A stretch of 64,000 bases of DNA from Eukaryota sp. TZLM1-RC (GCA_040285825.1 JAUPSS010000001.1:806001-870000); one strand, 5' to 3'; shown: positions 1-12,700, numbered from the stretch's first letter. Numbers and translations: made by a program. The notes: generated from the letters alone by a model not told the origin.

Positions 1-707
1 TAAGGTGATTTCATCTTTTTAACTCAGTAATGATTGAGTTTAACTGTTCCTTTTCCAGAATTAATTCCTTTTCACTCTCCGAGTTACTACTAATTTTTTT
101 GCTTTAATTTGATCCAATTCAAGTTCTCTTTCGGATATAACACTACCTAATTTTTTTCTTTTTTCTAGCACAACCAAGTAATAATTTGTTTCTAATCTAA
201 CCAACGAGTCAGTTTTGAGCTGACAAGTTTTCTGACATTCTGAATATTTCGAAGTGATCTCTTCTAACTGAGACTTAAAATTTTAACACTGTTTCTCAGT
301 CAAGGTTAAATTTGACCGAAGCTCTTGAATTTGATCGGAAATGTCTTGATTTTGAGCTTCCAAGTCTTGTTTTTCTTCACTAACTTTGTTGAAATTTCGT
401 TGTAATTTTTCATAAAGTTTTGATAATTCCTGATTTTTGACCGTCATGTCATTTAATTGATTGGTAACGTCAGCAATTTTGACCTTATCAGATTCTACTT
501 TGGCTTTCAAATGATTAATCTCTTCCTTTAAAAAAATCCAACTTGTCGTTGATTGAGCTCCTTTGATTCAAGCGCAAAGTTTTTAAAATTTTGTTCCAAA
601 ATTTCGTAATCTGACTTTGACTCTGCAAGACTTTGGGTTAATTCTTCACATTTCTGTTCGAATTCAGCAGACTTCCGTTGAAAACCTTTCAACTTGTCAA
701 TTTGAGA

Positions 708-1066
708 CAAACATAGAAAATATGATAAACTTATTGAAGAGGCTAATGTCGATAGAAATACACAGCTGGTTTTTATTGCTTTCCCATTTTCGATAAATGG
801 AAGATGATCAGTTGAAGCAGAAACTTTTTTGGATGACTTCCAAAAAATGGTGCAAGAAAAGACAATGAAAGATTTGATATTTTTTTTATGGCGATCACGA
901 GATTCAATTTGCCATTATTAAAAGATTACCTCGGTTTTTCAATCGAATTAGAGGAGCTTTAGCTAGACAGCAAGCAGATCAGGATTTTGTAGAGGAAATC
1001 TTGGTTCAATGATAGTCGTCCCATTAGTAATGAATTAATTAAATTAAGTGTGCAAATTCAATAAAT
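708..1066 (+). mobile_element. Non-LTR retrotransposon family B, 3' fragment (RLE tail and 3' UTR), degenerate
   Basis: Matches the end of ORF 2764..3798 (KHRKYDK...FVEEILV) with a stop and frameshifts, and ends at AATAAA. Confidence 0.85.
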
Positions 1067-1893
1067 ATATATATATATATATTATCACCATTATCTTTTT
1101 CATTTTTCTTAATTTCTTCTTTTAATTCACTATTCAACAGACCCAACTCATCTAATGCACTTGATAATTCATTATTTTTACTGTTAATTAAGGTGATTTC
1201 ATCTTTTAACTCAGTAATGATTGAGTTTAACTGTTCCTTTTCCAGAATTAATTCCTTTTCACTCTCCGAGTTACTACTAATTTTTGCTTTAATTTGATCC
1301 AATTCAAGTTCTCTTTCGGATATAACACTACCTAATTTTTTTCTTTTTCTAGCACAACCAAGTTATAATTTGTTTCTAATCTAACCAACGAGTCAGTTTT
1401 TGAGCTGACAAGTTTTTCTGACATTCTGAATATTTCGAAGTGATCTCTTCTAACTGAGACTTAAAATTTTTAACACTGTTCCTCAGTCAAGGTTAAATTT
1501 GACCGAAGCTCTTGAATTTGATCGGAAATGTCTTGATTTTGAGCTTCCAAGTCTTGTTTTTCTTCACTAACTTTGTTGAAATTTCGTTGTAATTTTTCAT
1601 AAAGTTTTGATAATTCCTGATTTTTGACCGTCATGTCATTTAATTGATTGGTAACGTCAGCAATTTTGACCTTATCAGATTCTACTTTGGCTTTCAAATG
1701 ATTAATCTCTTCCTTTAAAAAAATCCAACTTGTCGTTGATTGAGCTCCTTTGATTCAAGCGCAAAGTTTTTAAAATTTTGTTCCAAAATTTCGTAATCTG
1801 ACTTGACTCTGCAAGACTTTGGGTTAATTCTTCACATTTCTGTTCGAATTCAGCAGACTTCCGTTGAAAACCTTTCAACTTGTCAATTTGAGA

Positions 1894-2250
1894 CAAACAT
1901 AGAAAATATGATAAACTTATTGAAGAGGCTAATGTCGATAGAAATACACAGCTGGTTTTTATTGCTTTCCCATTTTCGATAAATGGAAGATGATCAGTTG
2001 AAGCAGAAACATTTTTGGATGACTTCCAAAAAATGGTGAAAGAAAAAACAATGAAAAGATTTGATATTTTTTTATGGCGTTCACGGATTCAATTTGCCAT
2101 TATTAAAAGATTACCTGGGTTTTTCAATCGAATTAGAGAAGCTTTAGCTAGACAGCAAGCAAATCAAGATTTTGTAGAGGAAATCTTGGTTTAATGATAG
2201 TCGTCCCATTAGTTATGATTTAATTTAATCAAGTGTGCAAATTCAATAAA
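1894..2250 (+). mobile_element. Non-LTR retrotransposon family B, 3' fragment
   Basis: Same sequence as 708..1066. Confidence 0.85.
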
Positions 2251-2670
2251 TATATATATATATATATTTTATCACCATTATCTTTTTCATTTTACTTAAT
2301 TTCTTCTTTTAATTCACTATTCAACAGACCCAACTCATCTAATGCACTTGATAATTCATTATTTTTACTGTTAATTAAGGTGATTTCATCTTTTAACTCA
2401 GTAATGATTGAGTTTAACTGTTCCTTTTCCAGAATTAATTCCTTTTCACTCTCCGAGTTACTACTAATTTTTGCTTTAATTTGATCCAATTCAAGTTCTC
2501 TTTCGGATATAACACTACCTAATTTTTCTTTTTCTAGCACAACCAAGTTATAATTTGTTTCTAATCTAACCAACGAGTCAGTTTTGAGCTGACAAGTTTT
2601 CTGACATTCTGAATATTTCGAAGTGATCTCTTCTAACTGAGACTTAAAATTTTCACACTGTTCCTCAGTC

Positions 2671-3858
2671 AAGGCTTCTATTCTTACCTCGTGTGCTTTT
2701 GTTGGTGGATGCAGAAATGCAATCTTTGAGTTCTCCGAAAGATTTGCAGATTGGGAAGATTTATTGATGACAACGCAAAGTTCCACTGTTTTTGCATTAA
2801 ATGAAGAAATTTCAAGAATTGATGTAGAAAAATGGGGTCGATGTTTTCCCCAATCATTCAATGGCAATATTCCAGAAAAAAATGTTTTAAATTTGAAGTA
2901 CACTCTTCGAACATTACAGAAAAGATTGACTGGAATGTATGAAAAAGATCTTTATAATAATATTTGCAGCTCGGCTGTTTTAAATCAAGATCTTCACTCA
3001 TTGTTATTGGAAAAGGGTGTTTGTGAAAACAAGGTGTCAGATTCTTCACTTTTTGTAACCATTGTACCACGAAGATTTGGATTGTGTGCTACTAATGAAG
3101 CATTTGTAACAAAAATGAGATTATATTTGAACATCCCCATTAACCAATTATTATCAAAAGAAAAATGTATTTGTTCGAATTCACCTCAACTCACTTTGCG
3201 CCATGCTCTCAATTGCTCTAAATTGATAACTTATCGTTCTTCATTACATGATGCTGTTAGAGACACTGTTTTCAATATGGCACAAACTGCAAGGATATCG
3301 TGTATCAAAGAGCCCCTGCTGAAAGAAACACTTTCTCTGAATAATTTTGGTTCTGATGATAGAGGTGATGTATACTGTGATTGGATTGATAATTCTGAAG
3401 CTATTGTTGACTTTGTCTCATGTAATGTTGCAAACGATACTTTGGTTCACAGAAGAAAACTTAATCCTGTGGCTGCTCTGGATTTTAAAGCAAAAGAAAA
3501 ACATAGAAAATATGATAAAGAAATTGAAAATGCAAATATCGATAGAAATACACAGCTGGTTTTTATTGCTTTTCCATTTTCGATAAATGGAAGATTAGCA
3601 GTTGAAGCAGAAACTTTTTTGGATGACTTCCAAAAAATGGTGAAAGAAAAAACAATGAAAAGATTTGATATTTTTTTATGGCGTTCACGGATTCAATTTG
3701 CCATTATTAATAGATTACCGCGGTTTTTCAATCGAATTAGAGAAGCTTTAGCTAGACAGCAAGCAAATCAAGATTTTGTAGAGGAAATCTTGGTTTAATG
3801 ATAGTCGTCCCATTAGTTATGATTTAATTTAATCAAGTGTGCAAATTCAATAAATTAA
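2671..3858 (+). mobile_element. Non-LTR retrotransposon family B (CRE-like, RLE), 5'-truncated; ORF 2764..3798
   Basis: CCHC finger CIC-x9-HALNC, HDAVRD, and RLE core RGD...VDF...K..K..KY. Near-identical to 47750-48935, which carries the RT YMDD motif upstream. Confidence 0.9.
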
Positions 3859-4258
3859 TTATTTTATTCTTTATTGGATTAAAAGTTATGCATAAAAGAT
3901 GGAAATTTTGTGGATTCCTCTCAAGTTGTTGTTGATTTCACTACAGTTGATCCCTTTGCTTTGTTTTATCGCGATGATGTTTTACTTAGTACTAATGGCC
4001 ATTTAAACAAGGTTGAAGATCGTAAGAGAGATAAATATACTGAGATATTAAATGATTTAAATAAGAACCTTTATTCGAAGTTTTCGTTTGTTCCGTTTGC
4101 CTTTTCGATTTTTGTCAACTTTGGACAGTTCGCCTTGAATTTCATCAATGATTTTGATAATTTATGTCGTTCAAAGTGGTAACAATTTTGCAGGGAATTT
4201 ATGAAAGAATCGTATCATTTTCGCTTTGTACAGAAGTGTTTCCAAATAATTTTGTTTC
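3859..4258 (+). mobile_element. Family-D 3' UTR joined to a family-C RLE 3' fragment
   Basis: VVVDFTTVDP...EDRKRDKY...FVPFAFSIF is an RLE C-terminus. The same composite occurs at about 9000-9490 and elsewhere. Confidence 0.8.
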
Positions 4259-7200
4259 TTTTTTTTAAAAAAAATTAATTTTATTCTAAACCTATAAATC
4301 AACATCTAAAAATCCATCTCTCCCAAAACAAAAACACTAGATGCAACTCTCTCATAGTGAGATCCAAGAGAAAGCAAAGCATCAGAAACCATCTTCAACA
4401 TCCCCTTAAAAATAGAAAACACAATTCTATTTTGCCAAAACAATCTGTTGAAATTTCTGCCAGTTCTTCTCTTTACAATCATTTCAAAATCATCCAAAAA
4501 CGTAAAGCAGTTGGTGCAAGTGAACCAAAAAGGGAAAATACAAATGGATACAAATTGTATTTTGCATGCTGTAGACTAGCCAATTTGGACAAAGGTTCAT
4601 TGTATTTTTTTGAATTTAAAATTTTCAGCATTTGAAAGGGGATTATGAATTTCAGAATTAACAAGCCTTTCATTTGAGGCATTACAAGGATCAACAGACA
4701 CTACATCCAATAAAATAAAGCTTCCATCTAATCCAGGTAATATGACATCACCTCTATTATTCTTATGAAAATCATTTTCAGCATCAAACAGATTTGACAA
4801 CAGAGGTTCCAAGAAGGATTCAATTCTATGAGATTTACACATACAATATAACTGGTCTCTTACAGCATCATGAACCTTGCTTCTAAAAGTAATAAAATGT
4901 TTACAATTTAACAAATGAGTAGTTGTAATTTCTCGAGAACATTTACAAATTAAATTATGAGGTAAATTATCAGGCCAGATAAAGGAACGAAATCTCATAT
5001 TCAGAGTCCAAGCAGAATCGGATAAGAGAGTACCATATACTTGCGGAATTGTTGTTACTAAGGCAGAAGAAGTACTGTCACACATATCTTGTAAAAGATT
5101 TGCAAAAGCGGGATTCTTTTTCTTGGCCAAGCCAAGTCTAACATCAAAATCCAAGCTTTCAAAAATCTTTGACAATTTTTGTTGAAGCTTTTTACAGCAA
5201 AACTGTAAATTAAATAGAGATCGGTTTGGAATTTCTTGAATTGAATGAGGAAAGCATTTGGTCCAAATTTGTGGCGGTAATTTTTCAAGTTCACAAGATA
5301 ACTCATACAAATAGGGACTACAATTGGGGACTAACAGATGGGAATCATCAGGAAATCTACGAGAAAATTCATAAATAAAATTTTGCCACCACCCAAGAAT
5401 GCTGATTGACACAAAATTGAAGATTTAGTAAATCCAATACCCCCAAATTTGCTGAAGAAAATAAATGGCTTTTCAACATTCCTGGTTCTACATCCAATAA
5501 ATCAGCAAAAAATTCTGTTCTCAATGAATTAAAAGAACGACAAAAATCTAATGCTATGGAAGGAGCACAAGATCTCAAAATGTTGGTTATTCTCCCAGTG
5601 TAGCAAATTTTAAGCATAAAAAATTTAATATGCTTTTCTATATCTAAAGAAGAAATTGAATCAAATTCAATTTTCATTTTTTCCAAAATAACTTGCAATT
5701 CATTCTGAATTTGAGGCACATTTCCTAATCAACAACCAAGGAACTTAAAAGCATCACTACTATAATTAGTAAAAGGGACAATAGAATCGTTTATCACGAG
5801 GTCTTGAGCAGAAGAGCCAATCAGAAGGCATTTGCTGGCATTAAGATGAAGCCCAATATTTTCATATGAATCGGCAATTTCTTGAGCAACCAATTCTAGT
5901 AAATCAAATGAACCAATCAAGGATATATCATCCATATAAGCAACTATTTTTATAGAAGGGTATTTTTGCTTAATGATATTTAAAGTTTTGTGAATAGCTA
6001 AACAAAACAATAATGGACCTAAAGGGTCACCTTGCTTCACACCAGAAGATGATTTAAGAGCAAATGAATTAAAAATTAAATCTGATTCTTTACCATAAAA
6101 ATGGTAGAAAAAACTCGATAGCTCAGGAAAATCAGATCTAATAACTTCAAAAATTGCTTCTCGCTTTACAGAATTAAAAGCATTTTTAAAGTCGAGATTA
6201 AAAATAAAATTATTTTCCTCTGCATTAAAAAAGGTATCAGAGGCAATAGCAGCAACAGAAGCACCATCAATTGTTTTGATTCCAAATTGATGAGGATTTA
6301 AAAAAGTAGAAGCTTTGTCTTTGACACGATCGAAGACAATTGATGCTAGCAAACGAGAAAGAGATTCACCAACAGCAATTGGGCGTATTCCATCAGGTTT
6401 GATTCCGTTTCCAGGCTTTACTAAAGCAATCAGACGTGCAGCGAGTAATTCAAATGGAGGATTAATTTTCAAAACAATCAATTGTTGAAAATAGTGGGCT
6501 AGATCATCAGCAATTTCGGGAGCACTGGAACACGCTATTTTTAACAGATCAAAAGAAATTCCAGATGGGCCTGCTGCTTTCCCCTTTGGCAAGTTTTGAA
6601 TAGCTTTAAGAACTTCAATTGAAGTGATAGGATTTTCAATCCAAAAAGGACACACTTCAGGCTTGCTGCACTTGAAATTTTCTTGAGGATGCAACTTTTG
6701 GAGTTTTTCAAGGGTATCAGAGTTTACATCAGCCAAAGAAGAGGAAAACAAAGACTGCTTTGCGGCACCATAACGACCACGTAAGCACAATTTTCGGCAA
6801 ATTTTTGATTTTACAATTTTTCTATTTCCAAATTTTTTCTTAAAACAATTTTTGTTTTTTCTAGCAAAATATTTCCAGAAGGATGAAATATTCCACTTAT
6901 TATTCTTCAATTCAGAAGTAAAATTTCTCATTTCAATTGAGAAGGGGATTGTGCTGGCGGGACTTATTTCTACTGGGATCCGGATCGGGGGTCTTACGGT
7001 ATCAACGGCTTCACAATGCGTACAAAACAGAAGTTTTCGACCATTTCGTGAATCTGCAACATCTTTTTTTGCAAAATGGACAACAAAAATTACTGTTTTC
7101 AGAAGAGGAAGAAGAGGAAACACTAGAAGCATTTAACTGTTGATCGTCAGAAACATCATTTTCAGCACCTTTCACAACGGCAACAGCTGGAACAGAACAT

Positions 7201-7736
7201 TTGAGAATTTGTTGAGCAGATTTTAATTCAAATTCTCTTTTTTGCTTCTCAGGGCACGTTCTCGAATTATGACCACTGATACCACAAATCGAACACTTTT
7301 TAGAACCTTTTAATGGCAGTGGTTTCATATTTTCAGTTCTTTCAATTTTATCAATTTTTGAGTTAAAAGTAGAAATAGACTTTTGACTTTTTGCAGTTTC
7401 AGCTGGAGAAAACAAATTTCGAGAAACGGGGTTGTTAATAGAACGCGCAACAGAACGCAAGGAACGTAATGGTGGTTTTTCTGTGTTTTTTCTGGTACAA
7501 TGATCAGTTTTTGAAAGAAAATTTTTTTGAGATGAATTTCGAGCATAGCTTGTATTGTGGGGAGAGTGGGGAAGTGGAGTGGATGAGCTTAATCTGACTG
7601 GTAGAATCTTTGCTTGGGCGTTCCAATCAGGATCAGAGTCACTATCAGCCAAAGGCATCGTTTTGACAGAGAAACAGTACGACTTTGACGCCTTGACAGA
7701 AAGTGAAATATGAAAGGGTTGACTAAGGGAGGGAGA
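4259..7736 (-). mobile_element. Near-full-length CRE-like non-LTR retrotransposon (family A): zinc knuckle, zinc ribbon, RT, CCHC, RLE; disrupted
   Basis: CSICGISGHNSRTC knuckle. RT motifs KAAGPSG, IRPIAVGE, LDFKNAFN, GVKQGDPLGP and YMDD. CKC..HLLNC, HDAVRD, RGDVIL..LLDV. The ORF pieces 7011..7658, 5729..7132, 5369..5719, 4597..5412, 4479..4694 and 4306..4497 join through 1-bp indels, mostly in homopolymers, and one in-frame TGA at 5729. The 3' end has AATAAA and a short A tract. Confidence 0.92.
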
Positions 7737-7932
7737 AATGATTTGGCCTGATTTGTGAATGACATGCGTTCAGAATTCAGTATGTGAACATGTGTGAGGT
7801 GGCATTTTTTGATTGAGCTGATTGAAATATCGAGCAAATATCGTAATGATTTGGCCTGATTTGTGAATGACATGCGTTCAAAAATCAGTATGTGAACTTG
7901 TGTGAGGTGGTATTTTTTGATTGAGCTGATTG
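7737..7932. repeat. Direct repeat of about 88 bp with a 108-bp period, upstream of the family-A element
   Basis: aatgatttggcctgatttgtgaatgacatgcgttca... starts at both 7737 and 7845. Only one copy is present at about 21445. Confidence 0.85.
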
Positions 7933-8125
7933 GAAATGCATAAATTCACATTCTGTTATTCCGAAATCTTTTGAGGTTGCAGGTGTTTTTTATGGGTGGT
8001 ATTAGTAAAGATAAATTTGAAAAATATACAAATGTTTGATGACCAAACATCTGTGATCGTCTTTAAAACACGTAAGGTAATTAAACCATATACTTTGACT
8101 CAGTTTTGCGTTGTCTATGAAAAGG

Positions 8126-8631
8126 TGATGCCGTTATGCAGATAAACACACGAAGGAGAGAGAACACTAAGTTGATTAATAACTGATTTATAATCGAGTA
8201 TAACGTGATCAGTCGAAATACAAAGAACCCTACTAAATCAATTTTAATTCAACAACAACCGAAGGTGTAGCCTGGAATGCAGGTTAGCTGTTCCTGAGTA
8301 GCGAATGTGATGGTTCCTTCTAGTTTATTGAGACTAATAATGTCAATAATATATGTTATGTCATACTGTTCATCTCGACTTTTCGACTTACACCAACAAA
8401 TGTACATTTGAACTGTGTGTAATGATGTCAAAAAATTACCGTAAAAATTGGACAACTTCTTTTTCTGCCGTGTTCATGTATTGCTCAATGTCTTCAAAAA
8501 AAACGGAAAAAAGTGTTGTTGTTTAACTTAAATTGATTTAGTAGATTTCTTCGTGATATTGGTTTATGAATTAATTTTATAAACTCAGAATTCTCTCTTT
8601 GTTTCGTGTGTTCATCTGCCTTACGGCATCA
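8126..8631. mobile_element. About 505-bp element with long imperfect inverted repeats (MITE-like/foldback)
   Basis: The ends TGATGCCGTTAtGCAGATaAACACACGAA and TTCGTGTGTTCATCTGCCTTACGGCATCA are near reverse complements. Inner IR blocks are CTACTAAATCAATT/AATTGATTTAGTAG and AACAACAAC/GTTGTTGTT. Confidence 0.6.
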
Positions 8632-8689
8632 AATAGTTTTCTTCTTGCTGGCGAAAAATACAAAATTGTTTAATTCGTGAAACATACTT

Positions 8690-9490
8690 CTTTTGTCAAT
8701 GAATATTCACATGCCCAATACATTTTATGTTCATTTGTTTTTTCCTTGCTTGGGTCTTTGGATAAGGCTGCAATGGTCTCCGTCAAGAATTTTGATGTAT
8801 TTGAAAAGGAAAGAACTGGAAGAATTTTCAAGTGTGTTTACTGGCAAAACCGGATTGTATTATTTATTTTTAAGGGAATGGTGAATTAATTTCTGATTCA
8901 TTCTGCATTTTTTTGGGAAATATTCTGAATCTTTAGTAATTGATTGTTTTGTGGTAGAGGAGGCACACTTTGAGGATATGGAGTTTTAGTTGTGTATTTG
9001 ATTATTTTATTCTTTATTGGATTAAAAGTTATGCATAAAAGATGGAAATTTTGTGGATTCCTCACAAGTTGTTGTTGATTTCACTACAGTTGATCCCTTT
9101 GCTTTTGTTTATCGCGATGATGTTTTACTTAGTACTAATGGTCATTTAAACAAGGCTGAAGATCGTAAGAGAGATAAATATACTGCGATATTAAATGATT
9201 TAAATAAGAATCTTTACTCAAAGTTTTCGTTTGTTCCTTTTGTCTTTTCGATTTTTGGCAACATTGGACAATCCGCCTTGAATTTTATCAATGATTTTTG
9301 GTAATTTGTGTCGTTCAAGTAGTAACAATTTTGCAGGGAATTTATGGATGAATCGTATCATTTTCGCTTTGTACAGAAGTGTTCCCAAATAGTTTTGTTT
9401 CTTGTGTGTTTTAGTTTCTTTTGATTTGATTTGATTTGATTCTGCGTAGAAAACGAATATTTTTGTTAAAATTACAGTAACAATTTCTCA
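8690..9490 (+). mobile_element. Family-D RLE 3' fragment (related to family A) followed by a family-C RLE 3' fragment
   Basis: HAQYILCSFVFSLLGSL...RTGRIFKCVYWQNRIVLFIFKGM parallels family A HAKYNLYPFVFSLFGSL...RTGRNFNRLFWQNRIVFSIFKGM. It is followed by DSSQVVVDFTTVDP... Confidence 0.8.
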
Positions 9491-9592
9491 CAAAAGGAAA
9501 TTTTTGCGAAGAACATGCAAAATCAAGATCCACCAAAACCTGAAATGCCCGATCTTCAGAATCACCCTCATTGATCAAGCACCATGCAGTCA

Positions 9593-9727
9593 GACCCGGA
9601 AAGTGGGAAAGGAAATGCTGGCTCCCACTTTGGGGTCCCCTTTTGCCAGAAGTGCAGCAGATGGGATTCGAACCCTGTTGCCAAAGCAGAGAACGAAGAG
9701 CAAACCCACTGGAATACGATGTTGGCA
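9593..9727 (-). other. GC-rich structured element with tRNA-like Pol III A/B boxes (candidate SINE head or ncRNA)
   Basis: Reverse complement of 39715..39849. B box GGTTCGAATCC, and a hairpin GACCC..AAAGTGGGA / TCCCACTTT..GGGTC. Confidence 0.4.
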
Positions 9728-9836
9728 AATATTGATGTTGATTTTTCTAGTATATATTGGGTTTTGATTTGTATTGGTGTTGGACGATTTTATAGTTGGT
9801 TTTGTGTTGATGAAAAAAGTGATTGACATGTGTTTA

Positions 9837-12047
9837 TTAAACGAAAATTCGGAGAGAACGATTAGATGCTACTTGTCGAAGTTTGGATTTGGTTGAATTG
9901 CTGATGTTGTTGGAGTAAAGATACAATTCAGTCAGAGAGGAATTGTTCTCCAGAGCACGGGCGAGAGTACTAGCGCCTTCAGAGGTAATGTTGTTGGACA
10001 CAAGATACAATTTAGTGATAGAACCATTGCTCTCCAAAGCACGGGCGAGAGCACTAGCGCCTTCATCGGTAATGTTGTTGCAGTTAAGATACAATTCAGT
10101 CAGAGTGGAATTGCTCTCCAGAGCACGGGCGAGAGCACTAGCGCCTTCATCGGTAATGTTGTTGCAGTTAAGATACAATTCAGTCAGAGTGGAATTGCTC
10201 TCCAGAGCACGGGCGAGAGCACTAGCACCTTCATCAGTAATGTCGTTGTCCCCAAGATTCAATTCAGTCAGAGTGGAATTGCTCTCCAGAGCACGGGCGA
10301 GAGCACTAGCACCTTCATCAGTAATGTCGTTGTCCCCAAGATTCAATTCAGTCAGAGTGCAATTGCTCTCCAGAGCACGGGCGAGAGCACTAGCGCCTTC
10401 AGAGGTAATGTTGTTGGACCAAAGATCCAATTCAGTCAGAGTGGAATTGCTCTCCAGAGCACGGGCGAGAGCACTAGCGCCTTCAGCGGTAATGTCGTTG
10501 TCCTCAAGATCCAATTCAGTGATAGAACCATAAACCAAACCCTCAACACCCTTCCTCACCTCATCTCCCAATCCATTCCAATTTACATTCGACATAATGT
10601 CTTCCAAAATTTCTTCCTTTGATGGAGGATGATGATCATCGATAGTGTTCAAAGGTTGATTACAATGGCACTCTCTCAACAACGCTTCACGGTCAGCTAT
10701 TCTGCTTGATAAGTCAGAATTAGTTCTACTGAGTACAGTATTTTGCTTTTCCAATTCATCAATGGTAGATCTAAGGTTGGCAATTTCTGTATCTTTCTCG
10801 GAAATACCGGCCTTGCTGGCATTTAAAGCTTCTTCCATAATAGCAATTCTAGCATCACGTTCTTCCAAAGAGTGACTGAGGTGTTGATTGGAAGCATTGA
10901 TATCGGCCCTTTCTTCTTCCAACCGGGCAATTCTGGAATCCCGTTCTGTCAAATCGTTGGTGAGTTGTTGATTGGAAGCCTCCAAATCAATAACATTCTT
11001 TCGTAGAGACTCGATTGTAGAGTTGGCAGATTGCAGTTGCGTTTGAACATCATTGTTAATATTAATAGGATTTTCATCACCTTCTTCAGCAAAGTCATCC
11101 AATTGATCCAAAACTAGAAGAACTTGAGCAATACTTGGTCTGGCAGCTGGATCTGAAGAGCAACATTGGGCGATTAATTCTTTGAGCACACTGGGAACGT
11201 GTTCACCCAAAGCAAATGGTGTCTTGAAATACTTAGCTCCCATTATGGCAATCTGATCCATATTGACAAATGGCCTATAATTACAAAGTAACTCACAAAG
11301 GATGATTCCAATTGCATAGATGTCTGAGGCAAGAGACAATTTGTTCTCAAACTGTTCCAAGGCTGCATACCGTGCTGTACATGATAGATTGGTAGCCGTG
11401 GAAGTCTTGGCAACAGTCCTGGATGTTCCAAAATCGGCTAATTTGATTTGCCCATTGACAAAAAGAATGTTTTCGGGCTTGAGATCTCCATGTGCAAGTG
11501 ATTTGGAGTGCAGGAAACGGACTGCCTGGCAGATCTTCTTGGCAAACAAGAGACTTTGTTTAGTCAATCTTGACGGCACTGACAGAGAACCTTCAGCAAG
11601 TTCCATAATTATGGCGAGTTTGTCCATTAAGCTGACCAGACCAAAAACGCGGAGGATAAAGGGATGATCAATCTTGGCCATAATACCAATCTCTTTTCTG
11701 AGTCGTTTCTTACCTTCTTCTGTGAGAGCAACAGTCTTGGCGGCGACGTCTGAATCAAACCAAGAAGCGGCAAACACCTGTGCATATCCTCCTTGTCCAA
11801 TCATGTGCAAAAGTTTGACCTGGTTAGAGGGAATGTGTACACAGATGTCCTCCTTGCAAGAAGCTTTGGCTATATCGCGCAAACTGAGGTTGACTTCCGG
11901 TGACGGTAGGATATCTTCATTGCAGATCGGACAGGATTCCACAGCATCAGAGCATACACCGCATACACTATGGCGCTGACTGCAAACTACCAGTGGCACA
12001 CGAGACTCTTCGTTGAAATCCATTGAACAATGTGGACACGAGAGCAT
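9837..12047 (-). CDS. RING-like zinc finger, TKL-like protein kinase (non-RD, HGD), coiled coil, 8 x 28-aa RI-like LRRs
   Basis: CPHC...C..H..CGVC...CPIC; GQGGYAQV, VAAK, HGDLKPEN, DFG; heptad-rich linker; LTxLxLxxNxITxEGASALARALES repeats. Intact 736-aa ORF. Confidence 0.92.
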   Translation of the reverse strand: MLSCPHCSMDFNEESRVPLVVCSQRHSVCGVCSDAVESCPICNEDILPSPEVNLSLRDIAKASCKEDICVHIPSNQVKLLHMIGQGGYAQVFAASWFDSDVAAKTVALTEEGKKRLRKEIGIMAKIDHPFILRVFGLVSLMDKLAIIMELAEGSLSVPSRLTKQSLLFAKKICQAVRFLHSKSLAHGDLKPENILFVNGQIKLADFGTSRTVAKTSTATNLSCTARYAALEQFENKLSLASDIYAIGIILCELLCNYRPFVNMDQIAIMGAKYFKTPFALGEHVPSVLKELIAQCCSSDPAARPSIAQVLLVLDQLDDFAEEGDENPININNDVQTQLQSANSTIESLRKNVIDLEASNQQLTNDLTERDSRIARLEEERADINASNQHLSHSLEERDARIAIMEEALNASKAGISEKDTEIANLRSTIDELEKQNTVLSRTNSDLSSRIADREALLRECHCNQPLNTIDDHHPPSKEEILEDIMSNVNWNGLGDEVRKGVEGLVYGSITELDLEDNDITAEGASALARALESNSTLTELDLWSNNITSEGASALARALESNCTLTELNLGDNDITDEGASALARALESNSTLTELNLGDNDITDEGASALARALESNSTLTELYLNCNNITDEGASALARALESNSTLTELYLNCNNITDEGASALARALESNGSITKLYLVSNNITSEGASTLARALENNSSLTELYLYSNNISNSTKSKLRQVASNRSLRIFV
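9900..10529 (-). repeat. 84-bp coding tandem repeat (LRR array, 8 units)
   Basis: Near-identical 84-bp units, read directly. Confidence 0.95.
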
Positions 12048-12244
12048 TGTGAGAAAATATGATAATTACCAAAATTGCCAATGAACATTCCTTCATGCTA
12101 ATTTCTATTTCCCATTGGATATAGGTGCCATTTCACACAACATATTTCACATATTTGTCACGATCTATATGTGCCCCATCTAGACCACCATTTATTACTC
12201 AATTTTGGGCATATCGTGCTACATGAGAATTGCCATAATGAAAA

Positions 12245-12700
12245 TGACACTTTGAGCAAAGACTTCATACACCTGGACCCGTGTATTACAATCCAAGACT
12301 TCCCTCCAAGCAAACCTTCGGCCAATCACGCCTTTCCACAGCTCCTCCCCGAACTTTCATTTTCGCTTCGTACAGAAATGTTCCCAAGTACTTGAGTTTA
12401 ATGATGTCCAAACTTTATAAGGATTCATCAAGAGTTGGGGTGGAGAATTTAGTTTCTTATGTGTTTTAGTTTGTTTTGTTTTTATTTGATTCCTCGTAGA
12501 AAATAAATAAATAAAGATGGAAAATTTCGGCACCTTTTAAAATAATACTGAAGATTTTTGAATTAGCTATTTTCTGAATTCGGTAACTTGCCGACACAAA
12601 TCTATATTACATGTTTGCCCCAATCATTTCATGAAGTTCCGAACGATTTTTCTCTTTTTATTTTGCAGTTTTGCCGCAAAAAGGTTCACCAAACAAACTT
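12245..12700 (+). pseudogene. Mosaic of fragments: TPGP-Y-P (STPG/ODF3-like) piece, family-C tail, family-A-like RT C-terminal piece
   Basis: FEQRLHTPGPVYYNP; IFASYRNVPK; LPTQIYITCLPQSFHEVPN..LFILQFCRKK resembles family A LPPQIWTKCFPHSIQEIPN..LFNLQFCCKK. Copies at about 36080-36530 and 56780-57230. Confidence 0.5.

Larger units (their letters stand above)
1..2674. repeat. Tandem array (period 1187 bp) of [coiled-coil gene fragment (-) + family-B retroelement 3' end (+) + (TA)n]
   Basis: ORFs 283..510 and 1470..1697 are near-identical and 1187 bp apart. The unit matches 46030-47185. (TA)n runs at about 1065-1082 and 2251-2268 form the joins. Confidence 0.9.

Noticed and set aside
5729-5731. 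Alternative genetic code (TGA=Trp or TAA/TAG=Gln)
   Set aside because: In-frame stops align to different residues in paralogous copies (W, L, R, E), and intact genes end in TAA or TAG. They are ordinary nonsense mutations.
7011-7132. Programmed ribosomal frameshift between two retroelement ORFs
   Set aside because: Similar 1-bp homopolymer indels occur throughout the window and differ among copies. Decay or long-read error is simpler.
9420-9442. (TTTGA)n as a telomeric repeat
   Set aside because: Only about four units, embedded in the family-C 3' region. No telomere-like tract was seen in the window.
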